DNA from: Bacteroidota bacterium | Lineage (GTDB): Bacteria > Bacteroidota > Ignavibacteria > Kapaibacteriales > UBA961 | Assembly: GCA_041191145.1 (NCBI GenBank) | Contig: JBEEPK010000008.1 | Location: 1-59,943, forward strand | Direction: 5' to 3' | DNA length: 59,943 nt | Part shown: positions 8,558 through 21,324 of the stretch, piece by piece | Numbering within the stretch: the first letter of the stretch is position 1 | How the letters are laid out: each line of letters begins with the position of its first letter | Translations under genes and position numbers: made by a program | Notes under the pieces: model-generated | Seen by the model: only the letters and a program-made list of their open reading frames with translations | Databases searched by the model: none | Told to the model about the DNA's origin: nothing

Positions 8558-11500
8558 TCAATTCTTTGGTTTGCTTGCTTGATCTTTCGTCTGTGCTTCC
8601 AAAGCACTTTTATTGAGCATGCGATTGATATTTTGAAGCATTAGCTCTCTATATTTTGGATCTCTTTCCATGCGTGAGTAGAATGGATCTGTTTCGGGAT
8701 CTCCACCTGCATCGATGAATTTCTGACGAGCTTCTAAATAGCCTCTTTCAACTTCTTGTTCAGGAATAATTTGTACATCCATTTGATTAGGTGTTTGTTG
8801 CTCAGAAGCAATACCATCTTGCCTTTCGAGACTTTTCAACTTTCTGGCACTCACAACTTTCGGCTGATCAAAATCTAATCCTTTGAAGAGTTCAATCAAT
8901 GTACCATTTGACTCCAAACCACGAACTTCTTTATAAGTGGGCATTACGGTGATAAGTGCATTATTGATATTCTTGACTTCTTCTTGCATCTTATCCATTT
9001 CTTTTTCGAGGATCACGATGTGATTTGTTTGCTCTTCAATTACTTGTGCTGTTGTCTTATGATTCATACCAACTGCAACATTGATCACATTGAATCCTGC
9101 AGGAGAATCACCTGCACTCCATGCAACACCAACAACTTTGCGATATTCATATGGTGACAAATCTTTTGGCTTGCGAGCAATACCTAAACCATTGTTTTTA
9201 CCACTTGGCAAGATATAATCACCCAATTCAACTTTACCAATTACGCGAACAGGAACTTGACCCATAAATGCCACTTTTTCATATTCTTTTTCTTTACCTA
9301 CTTCAGGAGTATTTCCAAGCACAATTGGCTTTGTGGAAATAACCATGCAATGATCTGCATTTGTTGTATTCTTGGAAATCTTACCATCTTTGATACCTAC
9401 AATATCTGAAGCAACGAAAGTTTCACCTGGCAAAGTTTTGGGTAACCATTCTGCATAGTCAGCTGCACCGGATTCATAAGTAACACCTTGAGAAGAATAG
9501 CGATTACATGCCCAGTCTGATTTGACTTTATTAGCATCCGCTACACCTTGATTTGCTTCTGTAAAATTCAAAGTGTATTGAACAACATCAAGTGCCATTC
9601 TGACAATAGTAGCAACTTTAGCAACAGCAACTGCAATACCAGTTCCACCCAATGCTGTACATGGAATGGAGAATAATCCCCATCCGCAAGCAAAGCGACC
9701 ACCAACATCGGCCCATGCAACACCTACTTCCACGGCTTCAGCAACAGTCTTAGCAATACCAATCAACAAGTCTCTATATGCTACTGTCTTCTCATCTTCG
9801 GCAAGAGCAACTATATGATTATATAATGCCAATTCCCTTTGATAACTATCGCTAGTTGACCATCCCGCAGATGTTGTTGTTGGATTGTCTTTTGAAGCTA
9901 GTGGTACAACTTGGCCTTCAATTCTACCAATTGTTTGACCTAAAGAATTTGTAAAGCGAACGAAGTCATTTGAATTGGTAGGAGCTGACTGACTTGATAA
10001 TTTGATATTTATACCATTACCTGATGCGCTTGTATTGGTAAATGTTGCTGTGAACTGATTTTCTGCTGATTGAGAAGCATCACCATCACCGGTGAAATAG
10101 AAACCTTCTGAATACTTTGCATGATATTCATTCGCAGGTGCATTTGCGCCATTACCAAGTGCCATGGCATTTGCTGCAGCGGTATTATTATAGCCAATTG
10201 CAACACCTTGTGTACCATTCACTGTGTTCGAATTACCAATTGCAACACCATATGTTGCCGAAACCTGATTGGATGCACCAAATGCAACACCATTTGCACC
10301 GCCTGTTCCAATTGTATTGCTCACTCCGGAAGCTGTTCCATAGTTTGCAGAAACAGTATTGTCTCTACCACCTGCAATTGTAGAATATTCAGCACTATTT
10401 GTTATGTCATTATTATTCCCACCACCAACTGTACCATAATTTCCGGTAATAGAATTAATCTCACCACCACCTATGAAACTTGTTGATCCACTGACGGTAT
10501 TATCATTACCGCCAACAATGGCTGAATAATCACCGGTTACACCATTGGACCATCCTCCAACGACTGTTACATAATCATCATTGGTGCTTGTGGAATTTGA
10601 TGAACCACCACCAATAAATGAATATGTTGAAGAGGAACGGATGATATTCCCAGAACCTCCTCCAATTGTGGAGTAATTAGCACTCGCATTAATGTTATTA
10701 TCGTTACCACCACCAACAACTGCATAATCTGCATCTGCAATATCATTTAAATATCCGCCGACGATAGCAGAACGAATACCATTATTTGCAATATTATTGT
10801 CGATACCACCAACAATAACAGACTGCCAAGCACTAGTACCAATATCATTTGATTCACCTGAGCCAATAAATGAAGCAGTTGAACTTGCTCCAATATTATT
10901 ATCATTACCACCACCAACAAAAGCCCAGTCTGCATCTGCGATATTATTAATGGTTCCACCGACGATGGCTGATTGAACACTACCATTTGCGATATCATTG
11001 TCATTACCGCCAACAACAACTGATTGAGTGGCATTATTTCCAATGCTATTGCTGTTACCTGAGCCAATAAATGCATGTGTAGATGTAGTACCAATCGCAT
11101 TACTTTGTCCAGTACCTACGAATGAATAATCGGATCCGCTACCAATAGCATTAGATCTACCACCAGTAATAGCCGCATAATCACTAGTAGTGATTGTTCC
11201 TGTAAAGCCACCACCAATAGTAGAGTAGTCAGAACTTGTAGTAATAGTATTATGAGTACCACCAGCAACAATGGAATTACTACTACTTGTGACAGCATTA
11301 TAAGCACCACCACCGATAATACTTCGATTAGAACTGGTAATAGTGTTTTTATTACCACCATTAATAACTGAATTTGTGCTGGTTGATGAACCTGAATGTG
11401 TGATTTGATTTGTATCACCACCTGCAATAATGCTTCGATTAGAATTCAATGAAATCGAATTCATTACACCGCCGCCGACAACAGAAAATTGCGAGAATAT

Positions 11501-12721
11501 TCTATTGTCCTGTCCAGCAGATATTGCAGAGTAATGTGCCAAATTATCTAGTTGATTATTTCTACCACCGGAAATTATTGAGTATTCTGAAAGCAGAGTA
11601 TTCTGTGAACCACCAGCTACCACACCATTCACTCCGCTGGATCTATTCCTATCTCCACCTCCAACAATCGAAAATGTTCCGGTCGCAACATTATTTTGTC
11701 CAAATCCAATTCCGGAATTTACACCGCTTGCTGAATTTAATGAACCGCCACTTACCACGGAAAACTGACCATTGGCAGTATTTGAAACACCACCAGCAAT
11801 AGTAGATCCGATACCACTGGAATTATTATTCTGACCTCCACCTGTTGTGGCAAGAGACTGCATTGACCTATTATTCTGACCTCCACCAACAGTTGCAGCT
11901 TGTCCACTTACAATGTTTGATTGACCGCCTCCAATTGTACCATGATTTGATCCAACTTGATTACCTTGGCCACCGGAGATTGTTCCATAGTTTGAGGAAG
12001 AATTTGCAGTATTACTTCTACCACCAGTGACTACCGACCAACTTCCTTGTGCTCTATTTTCTTGACCGCCACCAACAAATGTCCAAGAACCTTGTGAACT
12101 ATTCCCCTGTCCACCGGCTACAGTTCCGAAAGCACCACTTACAGAGTTGGTATAGCCACCTAAAATTGATGCATAATTGGCTGATGTTCTATTTTCATCA
12201 CCGCCGGCTATTACTGCACGCAAACCACTTACATAATTGGCTAGTGCTTTTTCGCTGCCTTTTTTATCTTCTGGGAAGATCTTCTCACGAACAATTGGAG
12301 ACAATTGTTCTACACCGATTGCTTCATTCTCAACAGCACCAGCCATGAAGGCATAAGCGGCTGATTGCAATGGAATGCGCATATTCTGTTTTTCGCCATT
12401 CACTGAGATATCAATGAAATATGGCTTATCGAACTTGACTGTGCGTGGAAGACCTGTCATTCCACCAAGTGAAAACTGATACAATCCTGTTTCACCAACA
12501 AGTACTGTATCAATTTGCTCATGCAATGGAAGACCACCGAGAGGAGATTCATAAATCCCAACACGGAACACTTGCTTCCCTTTCAATGGCGTTGAGCCAA
12601 AAGAGGAAGTCAATACGCCTTGAATACTCAATGTACGAGGTATGCTCGTTTGAGCAACAGTGATGTTTAATGCGGTGATTGAAGCAATCATCAGCATTAA
12701 AATGCGGTACACATTTGTCAT
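8558..12721 (-). CDS. Large secreted fibre/adhesin-like protein: GG-N repeats, YadA-like head repeats, peptidase G2/IMC-type chaperone, coiled coil
   Basis: Signal peptide from MTNVYRIL; roughly 40 S-x-I-x-GG-x-x-N repeats; GVAIG repeats; GAADYAEWL...GDYILPSG...VVGVAW; C-terminal coiled coil. Confidence 0.75.
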   Translation of the reverse strand: MTNVYRILMLMIASITALNITVAQTSIPRTLSIQGVLTSSFGSTPLKGKQVFRVGIYESPLGGLPLHEQIDTVLVGETGLYQFSLGGMTGLPRTVKFDKPYFIDISVNGEKQNMRIPLQSAAYAFMAGAVENEAIGVEQLSPIVREKIFPEDKKGSEKALANYVSGLRAVIAGGDENRTSANYASILGGYTNSVSGAFGTVAGGQGNSSQGSWTFVGGGQENRAQGSWSVVTGGRSNTANSSSNYGTISGGQGNQVGSNHGTIGGGQSNIVSGQAATVGGGQNNRSMQSLATTGGGQNNNSSGIGSTIAGGVSNTANGQFSVVSGGSLNSASGVNSGIGFGQNNVATGTFSIVGGGDRNRSSGVNGVVAGGSQNTLLSEYSIISGGRNNQLDNLAHYSAISAGQDNRIFSQFSVVGGGVMNSISLNSNRSIIAGGDTNQITHSGSSTSTNSVINGGNKNTITSSNRSIIGGGAYNAVTSSSNSIVAGGTHNTITTSSDYSTIGGGFTGTITTSDYAAITGGRSNAIGSGSDYSFVGTGQSNAIGTTSTHAFIGSGNSNSIGNNATQSVVVGGNDNDIANGSVQSAIVGGTINNIADADWAFVGGGNDNNIGASSTASFIGSGESNDIGTSAWQSVIVGGIDNNIANNGIRSAIVGGYLNDIADADYAVVGGGNDNNINASANYSTIGGGSGNIIRSSSTYSFIGGGSSNSTSTNDDYVTVVGGWSNGVTGDYSAIVGGNDNTVSGSTSFIGGGEINSITGNYGTVGGGNNNDITNSAEYSTIAGGRDNTVSANYGTASGVSNTIGTGGANGVAFGASNQVSATYGVAIGNSNTVNGTQGVAIGYNNTAAANAMALGNGANAPANEYHAKYSEGFYFTGDGDASQSAENQFTATFTNTSASGNGINIKLSSQSAPTNSNDFVRFTNSLGQTIGRIEGQVVPLASKDNPTTTSAGWSTSDSYQRELALYNHIVALAEDEKTVAYRDLLIGIAKTVAEAVEVGVAWADVGGRFACGWGLFSIPCTALGGTGIAVAVAKVATIVRMALDVVQYTLNFTEANQGVADANKVKSDWACNRYSSQGVTYESGAADYAEWLPKTLPGETFVASDIVGIKDGKISKNTTNADHCMVISTKPIVLGNTPEVGKEKEYEKVAFMGQVPVRVIGKVELGDYILPSGKNNGLGIARKPKDLSPYEYRKVVGVAWSAGDSPAGFNVINVAVGMNHKTTAQVIEEQTNHIVILEKEMDKMQEEVKNINNALITVMPTYKEVRGLESNGTLIELFKGLDFDQPKVVSARKLKSLERQDGIASEQQTPNQMDVQIIPEQEVERGYLEARQKFIDAGGDPETDPFYSRMERDPKYRELMLQNINRMLNKSALEAQTKDQASKPKN

Positions 12722-12952
12722 AATGTTCACCTGAATATGTATTGAATAAATATATTTTTTTACAATAAATAGATAGTAATTGGACAGAATTGTGGACAAT
12801 TATGCCAATTACGAAATGCAACCTAAGAAAATTACAGTAAAAACAAGGCCTATGTGGTACAATTACAGAAAAATAACATACTTTCTTGAAGAATGGGATG
12901 AAGCACATGGATAGCCTTCCACAAAAAGCATACCCTTTTCATGATTACCTTT

Positions 12953-13906
12953 TTATTTTTTCATGGCATGAGCGAATTGATTTTCGCCATGTTTATCAAA
13001 AAACTCCATATACAATATTTCTGTTGTAATGGTAATTCCCATAAAACCACCATTTGTAGCTGAAAATAGGGTATTTGTTCCCCAAGAAGTATCTCTACTT
13101 CCTCCTCCCGCTCCGGAAATGGCTTGGAAGAATTTATCATCCGGATGTTTGATCAATTGCAAGTCATGATCATGACCAGATAAATAGATATCTATGGCAA
13201 ATTTGTCAAGTATTGGCTTGAGTTTCTTCATCATGAATTTTTGATCGCCATATACCCCATGCGAGCGAATCATATGATGTCCAACCACGATTTTCCATTT
13301 GGCCTTGGATTCTGACAATACTTTCTCGAGCCAAATCAGCATTTCCTCATCCTTTCCGGAAACCATCAAATTGGTGTCAATCATGAAGAAGTCGTATAAT
13401 TCATTATCCTTTTCTTTGGGTATCACATAATAGAAATCCGGAAATCTCCATCGTGGATTCTTTTGCGCATATTCAAGTTGAGCGGGTACATTCCCCAAAT
13501 AATCATGATTGCCAAATACGGGAAACCAATCCTTTTGAAGATGCTCACCGGTATAGATATTTTCGAACTTAGTCTTCCATTGCGGATCATCGACGCTCTT
13601 CACACCTTTGCCATAGATATTGTCACCCGTTGAAATGATGAAATCTATTGGATGCTTCCCGGCATTGTCATTCATTCCCTTTGCAACTTCTTTCTGCATT
13701 CCGGTGCCTGCTCCCCAATCACCAATAGCCAAAATACGAATGGGCTTTTCATCACCAAAGGAGTCGATTTTCGTAAATTGCGGTTTCTCTTTTGGTGCAT
13801 TCTTCACTTCAGAAGCAATGATATTTGCAATCCACTTTCCGATGCTTGCAAAACCTAGAATAACCGCAAAAAATGTTCTTCTTTTCATGACTTCCTTATT
13901 GCTCAA
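12953..13906 (-). CDS. Tat-exported metallophosphoesterase (purple/tartrate-resistant acid phosphatase-like)
   Basis: KRRTFF twin-arginine signal; GDWG, GDNIY, GNHD, VGHH, SGHDH. Confidence 0.9.
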   Translation of the reverse strand: MSNKEVMKRRTFFAVILGFASIGKWIANIIASEVKNAPKEKPQFTKIDSFGDEKPIRILAIGDWGAGTGMQKEVAKGMNDNAGKHPIDFIISTGDNIYGKGVKSVDDPQWKTKFENIYTGEHLQKDWFPVFGNHDYLGNVPAQLEYAQKNPRWRFPDFYYVIPKEKDNELYDFFMIDTNLMVSGKDEEMLIWLEKVLSESKAKWKIVVGHHMIRSHGVYGDQKFMMKKLKPILDKFAIDIYLSGHDHDLQLIKHPDDKFFQAISGAGGGSRDTSWGTNTLFSATNGGFMGITITTEILYMEFFDKHGENQFAHAMKK

Positions 13907-13915
13907 AGCAAAAAT

Positions 13916-16130
<2,215 letters not shown>

Positions 16131-16134
<4 letters not shown>

Positions 16135-17084
16135 GCTTTAGCTGTTGCTTTTTGACGATCAAATTCAATTTGCAAATCTTTGTGCTGAACCTTTTCCATG
16201 AACCAAACAACAAAAGAGCTTGCAATGTAAATTGATGAATATGCACCAGTCACGATACCAACAAGCATTGTGAATGCGAAACCTTGAAGCACTTCACCAC
16301 CTAGAAGTACCAAAGTGAGAAGTACCAAAACAACGGTCATAACTGTATTCACGGTTCTTGACAATGTTTCATTGATACTGAGATTCATCAATTTGATAAG
16401 ATTCATGCCTTTGTGCAATTCGCGATTTTCTCTGATACGGTCGAAAATAATCACGGTATCATTCACCGAGAAACCAACCACCGTCAAGAATGCGGCGATC
16501 ATTGCCTGATTGATTTCAAGATTGATGATGCCGAGTGAACTGAATACAGTCACCATTGCAAGCGTAACCAATACATCATGCAAAAGTGCAATCGCTGCAC
16601 CAACACCATAGAGGAATTCAAATCGGAATGCGATGTAAATCCCAATAGCAAGAACCGCAAGAATAACAGCAAGAACAGCTTTATTCCGTAATTCCTCACC
16701 AACCTTTGGACCAATCGAATCTTTCTTGAGAAGATTTACTGATTCACCGGGAATTGCCTTTTTAATTGCATCAACTACCGCTGGTGTTGGATCATTTGCA
16801 TAGGATGTTGCAGGAATACGAATCAAGTATTGATTGTCAGCACCATATGATTTTATCTCAGCACCTGTCAAATTAGCTTCTTCTATCGCTGTACGAATCT
16901 CACCAACTTTATTTGATGCATTTAATTGTACAGCAATCTCTGTTCCACCGGCAAAGTCAATCCCGAAACGCAAACCGAGTGCGAAAGGAGCAACAATACC
17001 GATTATGTTTAATACGAGCGAGAGCCACACCAATGTGCCACGCTTGCTCAAAAAATCAATATTTGTTTTTGAAAATAATTGCAT
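16131..17084 (-). CDS. secF: Protein translocase subunit SecF
   Basis: GIDFAGG, IGPKVGEEL, GFSVNDTVIIFDRIRE, TLSRT. Confidence 0.96.
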
Positions 17085-17100
17085 CGTTTTCTCCGATTCC

Positions 17101-19103
17101 TTAAGCCATGGTGGATGGTTGACCGAAATTTATTGACTTGCCATTTGAGATCATCAATTCAATCATGGCGCGTGATACGATAATCGCTGTGAAGAATGTT
17201 GTGAAGAAGGAATAAGATAAGACCTGTGAGGAATGTTGTCACATTGGAGTCCACAATCGCGGACAATGCTTTGCTAAATCCTTCATCAACGGCATTTCTA
17301 AAACCACGACCTTTCATCATTTCTTCACGAATACGCTCAAACACAAGAATATTCGCATCCACAGCCATACCAATTGTCAAGATAATACCAGCGATACCGG
17401 GCAATGTCAATGTACCACCACCTGCAATCACAAGTGGAGTCAAGATTGCGAGAATAAGCAACACATTGATGATAACGGCAAAATTTGCCACCATACCAGC
17501 TGTAGAGTAATATAATCCCATGAAGAGAACCACGAGCAAGAATGCTATACCCATGCCCATGAGACCACGACGAATGGAGTCTTCACCAAGTGAAGGACCA
17601 ACCAAGCGTTCTTCAACAATTTTCACAGGAGCTTTCAATGCACCGGCTTTGAGAACGATCTCGAGAAGTCTTGCTTCTTCAGGACTATCCATACCGGTGA
17701 TTTGTGAACTTCCACCAGCAATTTTGTTTTGAACAACAGGTGCTGAATACACTTGATCATCCAAAACGATCGCTACTTTCTTTTTGATATTCTTGCCTGT
17801 AACATCTGCCCATTTTTCAGCGCCTTCTTGATCCATTTCCATCATGACGACAGGAAGATTGGTCATTGGATCTGATGATGCACGAGCATCTGTTACATAT
17901 TCACCTGTTAATTCCGCTTGACGCAATACACACCACATTGCATATGTTGTGTCCTTCAAATCTTTGGAAACAAATTCAGGTTTTGCGGAACGAAGAAGTT
18001 GCAAGTCTGAAGGAATGAGTTTTTTCACATCTGGTCTATCAAGAATTGACATCAATTTAGGATAGATTTTGGATGGGATATACATCACATATTCAACTTC
18101 GGGTACTTGGCTTTCATTATAGAAATAAGAAGGTTGTCCATCTTTGCTGATGAAACGGCCTTCTTGATCCAATGGGAATATCTGAAGAAGTGTTGTTAGC
18201 TGATGATCTTTTTGATAACGCTTCCCTTTCTCTTCATCTTTGAGTCCTTTATACGGATCATCTGCTGTTGCAGTTTTTGCTGTATCTTTCTTGGTAGTAT
18301 CGGCTGCAATCGCTGAAGAATCGGCTTTCTTTTCTGTCTTAGCCGCAACTGCAGTCGTGTCTTTCTTTACAGTATCTTTTGCGGTGCTATCTGCATTTGC
18401 TATTGCGGTATCAGCAGCATTCTTATTGCCATTATTTTTGGCTAAATAGGCATCTATGCGATAAAGCGCTTTGACAATATCTGCAGAATTACGAACAAGT
18501 TTGAATTCGAGACGAGCCGTTGTGGAGAGCAATTGGCGCATCTCGCGTTCATTGTTCACGCCTGGAAGTTCAAGCACGATTCTACGAGATCCTTGCTTTG
18601 AAATATTTGGTTCGCTCACGCCGAATTTATCGATACGCTGACGAATAACTTCAAGAGCTTGATCAATCGCTCCATCAACATCTTCGCGCAAACGCTCTTT
18701 CACTTTTTCATCTGTGACATCCTGAACGCCGGGAACATCAAAATAGGAAATTAGAGACTTTCCTTTCGGGCGAGCTATGCGATCAAAGTTTGCATGAAAT
18801 GCATCAAGATAATCTTCACCTGAAGCTTCAGCTTGTGCATGAGTTGCTCTAATCACAGCTTCGAATGTTTCATCGAGAGTCTCGCGAGCCGCAGTTTCAC
18901 GAAGCAAAGTGTCAACTGCCACTTCCATCATGACATACATACCGCCACGGAGATCGAGTCCCAATTTCACACGGTTCATTTTTGCGGGCTTGCATTTCTT
19001 CCTGCTCCAACAAATACGCATCAACGGTTGGCCATAAAATCACGGCGGCCGCAACGAGCGGACCCAAGATCAATAACCAGCGTCTCAATTGTTTATTCTT
19101 CAA
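17101..19103 (-). CDS. secD: Protein translocase subunit SecD, broken by two frameshifting deletions (about 18980 and 17204)
   Basis: The N-terminal TM is in ORF 18912-19103 (TTG start, GGAGG RBS). Core motifs KLGLDLRGG and GMAVDANILVFERIREE are in ORF 17159-19024. The C-terminus TTFFTAIIVSRAMIELMISNGKSINFGQPSTMA* is in another frame ending at 17101. Confidence 0.9.
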
Positions 19104-19203
19104 CGCTATTCCTCCGACATTTCGGTATGGTTTGACTTCGGCAAAAGCCGATTACACAAAGAAGTGCGAAAATACAGTATCGATGGCAATTATACCAATG
19201 AAT

Positions 19204-20415
19204 TTAGTGAGAGGTCACTCTCTCAAGGATGATTGCGAGTCCTTGGCCCACTCCAATGCACAAAGATGCAATGCCATATTGCACATCATTTTTCTGCATG
19301 GTTCTGGCCAAATGTCCTGCAATGCGCCCTCCACTCATGCCAAGGGGATGCCCTATGGCGATAGCCCCACCATGAATATTCACTTTCTCAGAACTTATCC
19401 CCAATTCGCGAATGCAGGACAATGCCTGCGCCGCAAATGCCTCATTGAGTTCAAATAGTCCTATATCTTCTATATTCATCTGTGCTTGTTGCAATGCTTT
19501 GCGTATTGCATAGACAGGTCCGATACCCATTATTCTGGGATCCACACCAGCTGTTCCCGATGCCACATATCGAGCAATTGGCTTGAGACCGTATTTCTTG
19601 ACAGCATCACCGCTTGCGAGCATCATGGCTACGGCACCATCATTCAAAGATGAAGAATTTCCTGCAGTAACCGATCCTCCTTTTCTGAAGGCGGGAGACA
19701 ATTTTGCGAGTGATTCAATAGTTCCATCCTTTCTGGGTTGCTCATCCTTGGAAAGGATGAGTGGATCTCCCTTTTTCTTTGGAATGGCGATGGGCACGAT
19801 TTCATCGATGAATTGTCCTTCTTCATCCGCTTTTACGGCTCTTTTGTGAGATTCCAATGCAAAAGCATCTTGATCATCGCGGGAAATATTAAACTTTTCA
19901 ACTAGGTTTTCTGCTGTTTCTCCCATGGATTCAAGTGGGAACATTGATGCCATCGCAGGATTTGGATAGCGCCAGCCAAGTGCGGTGTCAAAGGCGGTGA
20001 GATTACCGAATATCGCTGAACCTGATGCATTTTTTGGCAAGGAATAGGGCGCGCGCGACATTGATTCCACGCCTCCGACAATCATGATACTTGCTTCACC
20101 GGACTTGATTGCTCTTGCTCCTTGAATGATTGCCTCAAGCGAAGATGCACAAAGTCTGTTCACTGTTACTCCGGGCACTGAATGCGGAAGGCCTGCCAGC
20201 AATGCCGACATTCTTGCGATATTTCTATTATCTTCCCCTGCTTGATTGGCACAACCAAAGATGACATCATCGATAGCTTCGGGATTGATGCCGGTTGCAT
20301 TCACGACTGCTTTGATTACATGAGCGCCCAAATCATCGGGTCTGATGGAAGACAAAGCTCCACCATATTTTCCAACAGGTGTTCTAAGTGGTTCTACGAT
20401 ATAGACTTCTTGCAT
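19204..20415 (-). CDS. Thiolase (acetyl-CoA C-acyltransferase)
   Basis: [29 protein letters not shown]. Confidence 0.95.
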   Translation of the reverse strand: MQEVYIVEPLRTPVGKYGGALSSIRPDDLGAHVIKAVVNATGINPEAIDDVIFGCANQAGEDNRNIARMSALLAGLPHSVPGVTVNRLCASSLEAIIQGARAIKSGEASIMIVGGVESMSRAPYSLPKNASGSAIFGNLTAFDTALGWRYPNPAMASMFPLESMGETAENLVEKFNISRDDQDAFALESHKRAVKADEEGQFIDEIVPIAIPKKKGDPLILSKDEQPRKDGTIESLAKLSPAFRKGGSVTAGNSSSLNDGAVAMMLASGDAVKKYGLKPIARYVASGTAGVDPRIMGIGPVYAIRKALQQAQMNIEDIGLFELNEAFAAQALSCIRELGISSEKVNIHGGAIAIGHPLGMSGGRIAGHLARTMQKNDVQYGIASLCIGVGQGLAIILERVTSH

Positions 20416-20429
20416 GATTTTAACTCCGA

Positions 20430-20639
20430 TTAGGGTACTTCATCTATTCCGCCGGGATGCAATGGATGACATTTTCCGATGCGCTTAATGGCAAGCCATG
20501 AACCTTTCATTGCACCATATTTTTCAATTGCCTGCATTCCATAGACAGAACATGTGGGATGAAACCGGCAATTATTCCCTAAATACGGGGAAATTGCCTT
20601 GCGATAGAAGCGCAATAAAAGAAGCAATATGAATTTCAC
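20430..20639 (-). CDS. yidD: Membrane protein insertion efficiency factor
   Basis: [25 protein letters not shown]. Confidence 0.95.
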   Translation of the reverse strand: MKFILLLLLRFYRKAISPYLGNNCRFHPTCSVYGMQAIEKYGAMKGSWLAIKRIGKCHPLHPGGIDEVP

Positions 20640-21052
20640 GGTAATATATCCTGCCTTCCGCTAAAATACTGCATTGCTTGATTCAACACTTCTTCAACTT
20701 GTGGTTTAATTTCTGTTGTTTGGGCTTCGGAATGATGCTTCATGGATTTTTGCCAGACAAAAGCCAATGTCATGAATGGCAATACCGGATGAGACTTCAT
20801 GAAAGTTCTTGCGGATTCTCTTACGATTCTCTTAATGCGATTGCGGGTAACGGCGAGAGGAACTTGTTTTTTACGGACAGCACAAATAATGAAGAGATCT
20901 TGATTTCCGCCTTCTGGAGCATCTTTTTCATTCGCATGCATTCTGGTTCTGCAATGTACTATCAAAGAATCGGATGCAAATTTCTTTCCTCGACGAAATG
21001 CCGAGGTAATTTGAGCTCTTCCTTTGAGTGCGCGGATCTTCATAGAATACAA
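20636..21052 (-). CDS. rnpA: Ribonuclease P protein component
   Basis: [13 protein letters not shown] (RNR motif); lies between rpmH and yidD. Confidence 0.9.
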   Translation of the reverse strand: MYSMKIRALKGRAQITSAFRRGKKFASDSLIVHCRTRMHANEKDAPEGGNQDLFIICAVRKKQVPLAVTRNRIKRIVRESARTFMKSHPVLPFMTLAFVWQKSMKHHSEAQTTEIKPQVEEVLNQAMQYFSGRQDILP

Positions 21053-21097
21053 AGAGGGCCTCTAGGGCCCTCAAAAAATAAGTCTATTTCAGGAAAA

Positions 21098-21238
21098 TCA
21101 ACCTGAAACGGTCAAACGATGGCGACCTTTCGCTCTTCTTCTTGCAAGAACTTTACGGCCATTTTTTGTTTTCATGCGCGCACGAAAACCATGCACATTC
21201 TTGCGCTTGCGTTTACTGGGTTGATAGGTTCTTTTCAT
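21098..21238 (-). CDS. rpmH: 50S ribosomal protein L34
   Basis: Manual translation: [46 protein letters not shown] (46 aa; not in the ORF track). Confidence 0.98.
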   Translation of the reverse strand: MKRTYQPSKRKRKNVHGFRARMKTKNGRKVLARRRAKGRHRLTVSG

Positions 21239-21324
21239 TGTATTATGCCGAATAAATCATTATCAAAGAGTTACGAAAGTACAAACTTGACTTGAAAAGC
21301 ACAAATGTTTTTTCGTATTGAAAT

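Noticed and set aside
7530-12721. Prophage remnant
   Set aside because: No other phage genes or att sites; both proteins are intact and carry Sec signal peptides.
18960-19000. Programmed ribosomal frameshift in secD
   Set aside because: A second break in the same gene removes conserved residues, which frameshifting could not restore; an assembly gap is simpler.
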